Source: Desulfocapsa sulfexigens DSM 10523 (GTDB lineage Bacteria; Desulfobacterota; Desulfobulbia; Desulfobulbales; Desulfocapsaceae). Taken from it: a stretch of DNA of 32,000 bases. Within the stretch, counting starts at the first letter, position 1; each line of letters starts with the position of its first letter. Below, one piece after another: positions 24,947 through 32,000 of the stretch. The notes beneath the pieces were generated by a model. It did no database searches. It saw nothing but the letters and a program-made list of their open reading frames with translations, and was not told where the DNA came from. The stretch spans positions 480,001-512,000 of the forward strand of contig NC_020304.1 in assembly GCF_000341395.1 (NCBI RefSeq), written 5' to 3'. Both the position numbers and the translations under genes were made by a program.

Positions 24947-25609
24947 CTATTCAATGGAAACAAACATCACTTTGCTTAAAAATGGTGTTCCGTATTTTTC
25001 CCAATTTTCTTCCCAGGTACTTTCCGGGCTTTCAAATGTAAACACATACACATAATCGGAAACATTACTTGCACTGATGAACTTATGAACAATGATAGGC
25101 TTTAACCCTGGAGGTGCATCTCTATACCTGAAGTAGGTGTTTTCATAATCGCCCTTACGATTTTGGCTAAACATCAATATTTCTTCTTCGTTATGGGTTT
25201 CCAGAAAAGGCTCAAGGTAAAGAAGGGCCATCTTTTTTGCAGGAATTGATTTTACTTTATTAGAATCAGAGATGACTTGGATGGTAACACCCATTTCAAA
25301 CATTTTGGATTCCGAGAATTTTTCCGGGCTGGCTGCATAGACTTCGATAGGTATCCCGTCAGTGTTCGTTGAGCCTCCATTTTCATGCCAACCTATGGGT
25401 GTCTGAAAAACAGCATTTTTATATAGATGCCATTCAAACCCTTCCATTGGTGCTGGTAATTGAGCTAGTAACTCTTCAGGAGCACTAGCAATTTGAAGCG
25501 CAGAAATTATCGGCTGTACAGGTGGTCTTTCCTGAACCTGCACACAGGAAGCCATAGATAGCGCGAAAAGAATAATTATAAAAAAACTAACCCTACAGTT
25601 CAACTTCAT
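24947..25609 (-). CDS. Hypothetical lipoprotein
   Basis: 220 aa. Signal peptide with lipobox (FALSMASC). AAGG lies 9 nt upstream of the ATG. I do not recognise a family. Confidence 0.65.
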   Translation of the reverse strand: MKLNCRVSFFIIILFALSMASCVQVQERPPVQPIISALQIASAPEELLAQLPAPMEGFEWHLYKNAVFQTPIGWHENGGSTNTDGIPIEVYAASPEKFSESKMFEMGVTIQVISDSNKVKSIPAKKMALLYLEPFLETHNEEEILMFSQNRKGDYENTYFRYRDAPPGLKPIIVHKFISASNVSDYVYVFTFESPESTWEENWEKYGTPFLSKVMFVSIE

Positions 25610-25791
25610 CTATTTTACCTTGTCGTATTCGATACATAATGAGTAGAGGCCGTTAGAAAGTCGACAAAACACACAAAACATACAGAGATTATGGTATCTG
25701 CTTGATTGCCACATTTTTCAATCTGAATGCAATGATTTACGATAAACATATGTTTTATCACCAAAAAAAAACCATCGGAGTAGAAGAAACC

Positions 25792-26337
25792 TTAACGAAT
25801 CATCGCTGCGAATTTTGGATGATTGAGAATGTCTTTAATAAGATTTTTAACAGCTGGAGAAAAGGCCTGTGGAACTTGCTGGCAAGCTCTATCTCCTAAC
25901 CAACTGGCAGAAAAAGGATATTCACTATCGACTGTAAATGATTCTCTTCCATCTGCTGATAGTTTGATTACAAACATCCACTTGCCATTTCCTACAACTG
26001 AACTGGCATCAAGTTTTTCAAAGTGCCCATTTACAGTAAGACTTGAACTAGAATCATATAAATCAGCCAATTTTAATTCTGAAATAAACGCATTACGAAT
26101 ATACTCTTCAAATGAATTATCATTGGGGGTCTTTATGGTAATTGAGCCTCTACAGTTTATAGACTCATGAATGGTCTCAGACGTAAATGTGTTTATATTA
26201 ACCTTTGATGCACTTTGCATTTTTCGTAGTGATTCAATATTTTCTACCGAAACACCATATTGGTTAACAGAAGCAGTACACCCAGAAATAAGCAACATTC
26301 CAAACAAAAATATCATGAAATTACCAAAAATTTTCAC
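25792..26337 (-). CDS. Hypothetical lipoprotein
   Basis: The ORF track gives 25792..26352 with a TTG start. I prefer the GTG at 26337, which has GGAGG 8 nt upstream and gives MKIFGNFMIFLFGMLLISGC (lipobox LISGC). Confidence 0.65.
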   Translation of the reverse strand: MKIFGNFMIFLFGMLLISGCTASVNQYGVSVENIESLRKMQSASKVNINTFTSETIHESINCRGSITIKTPNDNSFEEYIRNAFISELKLADLYDSSSSLTVNGHFEKLDASSVVGNGKWMFVIKLSADGRESFTVDSEYPFSASWLGDRACQQVPQAFSPAVKNLIKDILNHPKFAAMIR

Positions 26338-26417
26338 GTTCTTTTCCTCCAATTATTAAAATCTGCTGTTTAAAATCAGGCAATTCACCCAATCTAAAAG
26401 CAGTCAAGATACAATAG

Positions 26418-26819
26418 TTATTTCTTAACTTGTTGGCCCTGCGCCACATCATAATTATCTATCCAGAGCAGCTTACCTTCGGTGTACGGAGATGCCCAGG
26501 AAAGCGCAGTTACCCGATGTCCCTGTGCTTCAATTAACATTCCGTTTGCACCTTTAGCTGCAGCTTCCTTGACAGCAGCATTTGCAGTTTCACCCGCGCC
26601 GCCATACCATTCACTCTGGGAAACGAAGTCACCAATTACTGAATATTTTATATTTTCCGGAACAGACTTCTCGAAAACAAGAACTTCTCCATTAAATGCT
26701 GGTCGTGCTTGATCAGGGGCTACATTGTAGCTGGTCGAGGAACAGCTGCTCACCAACACTGCCATAGCCACACACAATATGTACTTAATCACCATGTTCT
26801 CTCTTTTTACTTTTGCCAT
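26418..26819 (-). CDS. Small lipoprotein (pattern reminiscent of DUF4156/YdgH-like small periplasmic proteins)
   Basis: 133 aa. AAGGAG lies 8 nt upstream of the ATG. Lipobox LVSSC. The segment YSVIGDFVSQSEWYGGAGETANAAVKEAAAKGANGMLI resembles the G..V.......a...l...Aa..GAN core of those families. This is from memory only. Confidence 0.6.
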   Translation of the reverse strand: MAKVKRENMVIKYILCVAMAVLVSSCSSTSYNVAPDQARPAFNGEVLVFEKSVPENIKYSVIGDFVSQSEWYGGAGETANAAVKEAAAKGANGMLIEAQGHRVTALSWASPYTEGKLLWIDNYDVAQGQQVKK

Positions 26820-27018
26820 TTCAATAGCTCCTTGTTTACAATTTCTCTTTGATCTTTCTGGCTTCTGCGTTTTCTTTTCTTACTTCCCACCCTCGGGAAC
26901 CGCCACCAAGCACCTGTTAATACTTTACATTTTAATCACTAGTTCACATCAACAACCAAAACAAAGGCGTCACCCATTAAAACACTATCGTGTCCATGAA
27001 CTTCACCGATGCGGCACC

Positions 27019-27355
27019 GGCTCTTTATTTCCACAACCACTTATCAGTTGCCACAGCAACAAAAGTTAACGGAAAAATGAGACAGATATTTTCAAAAACT
27101 TTTAAAATCTCCCGAACCGCTCAAAATCATTAATAGGAACAGGATGTTTTAAAGGAAGAAAAAATAACAACACCATCAATATGCAAGAGAGTATACAAGT
27201 TATCTCGGAGATTACTATCCGTAAATATACCTATTTTATCAAAATAAACAAAAAGTAATCTGTTCTATCTGAAATGTATCACCGGTATCATTATTGGCCC
27301 AAACAACACTACAATATAAGGATAGGCTAGCTGTTTATAGCGGCAGATAAAAGAA
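27019..27355. repeat. Partial leader repeat, copy C (AT-rich interior plus both conserved ends)
   Basis: Roughly 80% identical by eye to 17187..17530 and 21900..22245. It lies ~200 nt upstream (minus sense) of the lipoprotein gene starting at 26819. Confidence 0.8.
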
Positions 27356-28261
27356 ATCCCTGGAGGCCTGGAACTGCAGTCCACTTAAATAGTATTGTGC
27401 CCGTGGATATCTAGTTTTGAGAGTCTGAGATTGTGAAATCCACAGTAGAGCTGGGAAATATCCAGCCTCTTTTGGTCTCTGCAGCAGCCTCTGTTACCCT
27501 TGGGCTATCCTAACCTTTATTACGAGTTATTTTTAACTAATGATTTTCCGCTTTTCTGCCGATATATTGATATGGCATATTCATTCACCCCGGACGCTTT
27601 GTGACCACAAGTCGCTTACAAAGCGCCCATTTTCTCAAGGATGAGGAGGTGCAGTGTAACTATTTGGCAATTCAGCGTACAGGAGAGGGAAGTCAGACAC
27701 GGAAGCCGAAAGAGAAAACTCTTGACTCACAAAGGATGTAACGAACCGTTCAAAGATCGCTACTGGTGTCCAAAACAGAAATGGTTTTCAAAAGAAGTCT
27801 GTCCTTTTATCAATCGAAGGGAGTGTGAAAACTTTTCGAGTATGAGTGGGGAACGGTTTACAAAAACCCAGGATTTCACAAAATCGACGCACAAATAACC
27901 AGGACTTGAACAAACACCAGATATTTAAACCAAGATCTCCATATATTGCACCGGGCTTACTTTTTTCTACAATGAACCTCATTCTCAGCAAATAAGGTGT
28001 AGTTTTCGTGATTCAATTTGACAGATTTTGTCAAAAGTTCAGACATCGCAAGAGAATCAATCCCCCCTTAACACTCGATAACGCTATCAGCTTAAATATC
28101 GTCCCATACAGTTCTCTTAACCTTGACATTGGGTTCTTTTTTGAGTCCCAACACAGAAAATGCTTTCGCTGGTGCCACGTCGTAACAACCTGTATTGTGG
28201 TTGAAAATTGGAATTTTACCGTTGCAAGAAACCCCTTCATATGTTATAAAAAAGTAACATT

Positions 28262-28345
28262 AATAGAAAATGCCAAACCTGTTGGAAAGCAGGGACGGAA
28301 AACTGCGGGTCTTTAGAGATAGCCGAGTTGCCTAATTAATAAGGT
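28262..28345 (+). promoter_or_regulatory. Probable c-di-GMP-I (GEMM) riboswitch aptamer
   Basis: AAUGCCAAACCUGUU-GGAA-AGCAGGGACGGAAAACUGCGGGUCUuuagAGAUAGCCGAGUUGCC matches, from memory, the Vc2/GEMM-I pattern GCAAACC-stem-GNRA-stem-GGGACGCAAAGCC..CGG..AGCGGGGUUACC. It has a 6-bp P1b stem (CCUGUU/AGCAGG) capped by the GNRA loop GGAA. It sits upstream of a PEP-CTERM gene. Confidence 0.6.
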
Positions 28346-28360
28346 GGCTCGGTTTTTTTT
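28321..28360 (+). terminator. Intrinsic terminator serving as the riboswitch expression platform
   Basis: AGCCGAG(ttgcctaattaataaggtgg)CTCGGTT followed by a T8 run. Its 5' arm is the same AGCCGAG that forms the 3' half of the aptamer, so the two folds are mutually exclusive. Confidence 0.6.
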
Positions 28361-28494
28361 GTTTATCAAACTCTTAACTTGGGAAAGAGGGGATGAGCGA
28401 AAAAGATCGTTATAAAGCCTGCTACTGGAGTGGACTGTTATTCCACCTAACGGCCTTTATCGCCCAAGGATATCGCCATTATACAGGAGAGACC

Positions 28495-29205
28495 ATGAAC
28501 CGTATAATTATTTTATTAATTTGGATCAGCGCTTTATTCTTTCCAGCTTTTAGTTACGCGGATTTGATTACTTTTGCAGAGGCTGACGATTCACATATAG
28601 AATGGACTGGTGGTATTTTACAACATACCACTAACTATGGCAGTTCTACTGAGATACAAACCGCTAACAATGGGATTTTTGATACATATGGCCTGATTAA
28701 ATTTGATAACATTTTTGGGTCTGGGCCAGACCAGCTTTCAACAGACGCAACTATCACTTCTGCTGAATTGCATCTATGGATGTCACGTGAGTCCGCTGCT
28801 TTTAACAACATAATTAACCTATATCAGTTGACGAAAGACTGGGACGAACAGACAGTCACGGGCACAAATTATGGGGGATTGTTTAGCAATACAACAGGTA
28901 CTGCAATAGATGTTTACAATAGTGCAGTTCCTGGCGGTACTCCTCAGGAACTGATATTTGACGTGATGGATAGCTTATTGGACTGGCAATCCGCTGATGG
29001 TGTTACTAATTTTGGATGGGGAATAGAATCTCAAACATTGCACGCAGTTAATTATTTTTATTCAAATGATTCCGATGGCGATTACATCCCCTATTTGATT
29101 TTAGATTACGAGACAGACCCAGTCCCAGAACCCGCAACAATGCTACTCTTCGGAACAGGTATAGCAGGGCTTGTAGGTTCAACAATCAGGAAGAAAAAAA
29201 AGTAA
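28495..29205 (+). CDS. PEP-CTERM-anchored secreted protein (N-terminal domain resembles DNRLRE-type domains)
   Basis: The ORF track starts at 28393. I prefer the ATG at 28495, which has AGGAGA 5 nt upstream and gives signal peptide MNRIIILLIWISALFFPAFSYA. The C-terminus PVPEPATMLLFGTGIAGLVGSTIRKKKK is a PEP-CTERM sorting signal. Confidence 0.85.
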   Translation: MNRIIILLIWISALFFPAFSYADLITFAEADDSHIEWTGGILQHTTNYGSSTEIQTANNGIFDTYGLIKFDNIFGSGPDQLSTDATITSAELHLWMSRESAAFNNIINLYQLTKDWDEQTVTGTNYGGLFSNTTGTAIDVYNSAVPGGTPQELIFDVMDSLLDWQSADGVTNFGWGIESQTLHAVNYFYSNDSDGDYIPYLILDYETDPVPEPATMLLFGTGIAGLVGSTIRKKKK

Positions 29206-29230
29206 CACACCCGAAAATCTCTCTTTCAAA

Positions 29231-29264
29231 GGCAGGATCATTCATTCGATCCTGCCTTTTCTGT
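29231..29264 (+). terminator. Intrinsic terminator after the PEP-CTERM gene
   Basis: A 9-bp perfect stem, GGCAGGATC(attcattc)GATCCTGCC, followed by TTTTCTGTT. Confidence 0.75.
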
Positions 29265-29501
29265 TAATACCCTCTGCTGCTAATAGTAAGTGACAAAGTC
29301 TTCAGGTTCGCCAAATTCTTAAACATTACCTTACCACTAATCTTCCTCAAAATTTTTCCACAGATTTTTTTCTACAAACCGATTATTTATTTCTGGTAAA
29401 TGGATAATTCAAGAGCATGACATCTCTCTATCTTTTCCACATTTATTGTGAAAAGATGATGCTGCAATTGCTTTTTAAGCAAACAATACTATTTAAAATT
29501 G

Positions 29502-30347
29502 ATGAAAAAAACAAAGAAAAGACTTTCATTCCTCTGCCCGAATTGCAGAAAATTAATCAGCCATTCTGAATCTGAATGTCCATCCTGTGGATTAAAAAAC
29601 CCTGGATCTATCTGGAATAACAATATTTTCATCAGAGGAACAGATACAAATGATACCATATTGAAAGTGATCGTTGCAACGAACATTGCAATGTTTGTAC
29701 TCTCTTTAGTTATTGATTTGAAACACACTGGTTTTTCAAGTAGTCCTTTAAATTTTCTCTCACCGAGTAACAACAGCCTCCTTATACTTGGCTCTACCGG
29801 CACCATACCCATATTCCAACTGAATCGTTGGTGGTCACTTCTTTCGGCAAATTATCTACACGGCAGTCTACTGCACCTTGTATTCAACATGATAGCAATC
29901 TACCAGATCGGACCTCTACTTATACGAGAGTACGGTGTAAGTAAAATGTTCATCATATATACATTAAGTGGAATAGGCGGGTTTTTTATTTCATCGGTCT
30001 TTGGTGTTCGATTTACTATCGGTGCTTCAGCTGCGCTTTGCGGGTTGATTGGTGCTGCTTTGTACTATGGAAAAAGCCGGGGAGGTACATATGGTAATGC
30101 TATCTACAATCAAATCGGTGGTTGGGCTTTAGGTATATTTCTTTTTGGTTTTATGGTTCCGGGTATCAATAACTGGGGGCATGGTGGGGGTATGCTTGTT
30201 GGTGCCCTGTCAGGTTATTTGCTCGGTTACAGAGAACGTTCCCAGGAGAAAATAGGTCACAAGCTTTCAAGCCTTGCCTGTATTGTATTTACAGGCATTA
30301 TACTTTTCTGGTCCCTTACAAATGGCATCTTATATCTTGTCATGTAA
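29502..30347 (+). CDS. Rhomboid-family intramembrane serine protease with N-terminal zinc ribbon
   Basis: Zinc ribbon: CPNC..(11)..CPSC. Rhomboid motifs: NYLHGSLLHLVFNM (TM2 H..H..N), GASAALCGLIGA (catalytic GxSx) and WGHGGGMLVGAL (catalytic His). The listed TTG at 29499 is followed immediately by an ATG at 29502. Confidence 0.85.
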   Translation: MKKTKKRLSFLCPNCRKLISHSESECPSCGLKNPGSIWNNNIFIRGTDTNDTILKVIVATNIAMFVLSLVIDLKHTGFSSSPLNFLSPSNNSLLILGSTGTIPIFQLNRWWSLLSANYLHGSLLHLVFNMIAIYQIGPLLIREYGVSKMFIIYTLSGIGGFFISSVFGVRFTIGASAALCGLIGAALYYGKSRGGTYGNAIYNQIGGWALGIFLFGFMVPGINNWGHGGGMLVGALSGYLLGYRERSQEKIGHKLSSLACIVFTGIILFWSLTNGILYLVM

Positions 30348-30868
30348 TTGCCACTATAAATATCGAGACAGGTTTTGACACTAACACCCCTATTCCAGAG
30401 GCAACAACCATGCTTCTCTTCACTACTGGTTTAGTTGAGCCTGTAGGTTCTGGCTTCTAATCTTTGTGACGCCATAGCCGAAACAAAGATTTGACAGCCT
30501 CGTAAGCAATACTGATAATCACAAAAGCAATGGTTCCCAAAAACACCCAGCCCAGATATTCTGAAGCAGTATCCAATGATCCATCCTCCTTTTACCATTA
30601 ATGGCGTCGAATTTATTCCCGGTATATATCTCTGTTTAAGGTACTCCGAGCTAGCTTAACCCAAAACAGAACACTCCTACTATGGTTTTCTGACCTGGAT
30701 GAACCTTGCTTAGCCAAGGTGTCTCCAGGCAATTGCATGACGTTATTGACCTGTTTAGTGTCGTGGATGCCACTTTCTTTTGGATGAGTTTACACATACT
30801 ATATCACAATACAATAAAGTATAGAAAGACATCGACTGGATCACTTTTACCTGGAAGGGGATGATGAA

Positions 30869-31282
30869 ATGAGCAAAACAACAGTTATCTTACTGGCCTC
30901 TCTCGTGGCCATTACCTGGACAACAAATGCAGTGCAGGCGAGACCTGGAAAACGTTACGACGAGAGCACCAATATGTGTAGAGTCATCGATCAAGGCAGA
31001 CTGGACTGGGAAAGTGACCATTGGGGAAGTGGTGCGCGTAAGTTTAATCAAGTCTGCAAAAGTTGCCATACGAAAGAGAATGATAAAGGTGCCCCTTTTC
31101 TGTATATGGAGAGCTATGGATCGGAAGGATGGAACAGAGTCTTTGCAAAGCGCAGGGTAAAGTGTAAGGAGGACGGTTCCTGGGATGTTTTGAGTAAGGA
31201 GGACTTATTATTGGTCAACGACTATCTGTACCGGAACGCAAATGACACATATGATCCAAACGATGCCGACACCTGCAGCTGA
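30869..31282 (+). CDS. Secreted monohaem c-type cytochrome
   Basis: 137 aa. Signal peptide MSKTTVILLASLVAITWTTNAVQA. A single CxxCH motif (CKSCH). A GGAAGGGGA Shine-Dalgarno lies upstream. Confidence 0.75.
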   Translation: MSKTTVILLASLVAITWTTNAVQARPGKRYDESTNMCRVIDQGRLDWESDHWGSGARKFNQVCKSCHTKENDKGAPFLYMESYGSEGWNRVFAKRRVKCKEDGSWDVLSKEDLLLVNDYLYRNANDTYDPNDADTCS

Positions 31283-31350
31283 TGATACTGTCACTCCCGG
31301 TCGGGAGTTCAACAGCTATACTTGAATAATTAAGAGTGAGTTGACACAGA

Positions 31351-31389
31351 GGGTGTGGTAAGTATTTACCCCACCCTTTTTTTTTGCTG
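31351..31389 (+). terminator. Intrinsic terminator after the cytochrome gene
   Basis: GGGTGTGGTAAgtaTTTACCCCACCC followed by a T9 run. Confidence 0.8.
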
Positions 31390-31509
31390 TTTCGTAAGTA
31401 CTCTCATATCAAAAATACGTGCAACACAAAAGAGTTACCCTGAATATTCAACAGATCCTCACCGCTACCCAGTCACACAGAAATACCACTCCTAAGGAGA
31501 GTTATGTAA

Positions 31510-32000
31510 ATGAAGAATATCACTATACTCGCACTTGATGACGGATCGGCCACGTCAATTACCGGCCCTATGGAAGTTTTTCAAATGACAGGCACCTTAT
31601 GGAATATGGCCAACGGCCTGGAACCGACTCCTTTTTTTAATGTACAGGTTGTCACCCTGACAGGTGAGCCGGTGAGAACCATGAATGGTATTACCATTAG
31701 CGCCCATGGCTCAATTGATGATGTGACGGATACAGACCTTATTATTGTCTCTCCCACCACGAATATTGAAAAGAACCTGAGTAAACAGGGAAGAATCATT
31801 CCATGGCTTCTCGATCAGTACAACAACGGTGCCCAGATAGCCGGAGTGTGTACCGGAGTTTTCATACTGGCTGCAACCGGACTGCTCGACGGGAAAATAG
31901 CCACCACCCACTGGGCAGTAGCCAACGAATTCAAACAACTTTACCCGCTGGTAAACCTGATGCCGGAACGCCTATTCACCGATGCCAATGACCTGTATTG
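31510..32000 (+). CDS. GlxA-family (DJ-1/PfpI N-terminal domain, AraC-type) transcriptional regulator, 5' part only
   Basis: The frame is open from the ATG at 31510 (AAGGAGAG 9 nt upstream) to the window end. The translation MKNITILALDDGSATSITGPMEVFQ...IAGVCTGVFILAATGLLDGKIATTHW shows the DJ-1/PfpI nucleophile-elbow pattern typical of GlxA-type regulators. It is absent from the ORF track because there is no stop in the window. Confidence 0.75.
   Translation, partial: MKNITILALDDGSATSITGPMEVFQMTGTLWNMANGLEPTPFFNVQVVTLTGEPVRTMNGITISAHGSIDDVTDTDLIIVSPTTNIEKNLSKQGRIIPWLLDQYNNGAQIAGVCTGVFILAATGLLDGKIATTHWAVANEFKQLYPLVNLMPERLFTDANDLY

Noticed and set aside
16912-27355. Whether the repeated leader pieces form a CRISPR array or belong to an IS element.
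   Set aside because: The repeats are 0.3-1 kb long and irregularly spaced by whole genes, so they are not short, regularly spaced CRISPR repeats. No transposase, integrase or recombinase ORF occurs anywhere in the window.
27641-27898. An 85-aa Cys- and Lys/Arg-rich ORF (MRRCSVTIWQ...KGCNEPFKDRYWCPKQKW...) as a small zinc-binding protein.
   Set aside because: It has only a weak Shine-Dalgarno, no family I can name, and a partial overlap with an equally unconvincing minus-strand ORF. The support is too weak to list it as a feature.
28208-28226. Sigma-54 promoter-like TGGAATTTTACCGTTGCA upstream of the riboswitch.
   Set aside because: The GG-to-GC spacing is two bases longer than the TGGCAC-N5-TTGC consensus, and the -24 element is poor.
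28008-28316. A 102-aa plus-strand ORF immediately upstream of the PEP-CTERM gene.
   Set aside because: Its 3' end runs through the riboswitch aptamer. The composition and sequence are not protein-like.
30702-30716. Sigma-54-like TGGATGAACCTTGCT upstream of the cytochrome gene.
   Set aside because: The GG-to-GC spacing is one base too short, and the -24 element is weak.

Overview
The window is mostly one minus-strand accessory locus built around a type I secretion system (T1SS); all family calls are made by eye from motifs, with no database search. Reading the minus strand from high to low coordinates:

- **Lipoprotein island and DUF2156 (27.3 to 22.7 kb):** four small lipoprotein or secreted-protein genes sit behind a conserved AT-rich leader. 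A DUF2156 gene follows them.
- **Module B (22.6 to 17.9 kb):** a ~1-kb leader repeat, a beta-propeller lipoprotein gene, and an 855-aa ORF. The ORF has a class-3 lipase head fused to a ~600-aa core.
- **Module A (17.9 to 4.9 kb):** the same ~1-kb leader repeat, a different beta-propeller lipoprotein, a zinc-ribbon membrane protein, and a giant toxin gene of about 3,160 codons. The toxin has a LysM plus phospholipase-A2-like head, the same core, 15 cadherin-like repeats and an acidic calcium-binding C-terminus. A 1-nt shift in a C5 run splits it into two ORFs.
- **Export genes (4.9 kb to base 1):** hlyB-like ABC exporter, hlyD-like adaptor, hlyC-like toxin acyltransferase, and a TolC-like channel that runs off the window.

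The main observation is an arrangement that looks like a mirror image of polymorphic toxin loci. Alternative N-terminal lipase heads, each with its own upstream lipoprotein, are stacked upstream of one exported body. They are linked by 1.8-kb direct repeats with mosaic blocks of perfect identity. Relic repeat fragments and an inverted-repeat element lie at the module borders.

The right end (plus strand) looks like ordinary housekeeping DNA. It holds a probable c-di-GMP-I (GEMM) riboswitch with a terminator upstream of a PEP-CTERM secreted protein, a zinc-ribbon rhomboid protease, a monohaem cytochrome c, and the start of a GlxA/AraC-type regulator. I saw no rRNA, tRNA, CRISPR array, transposase or integrase.
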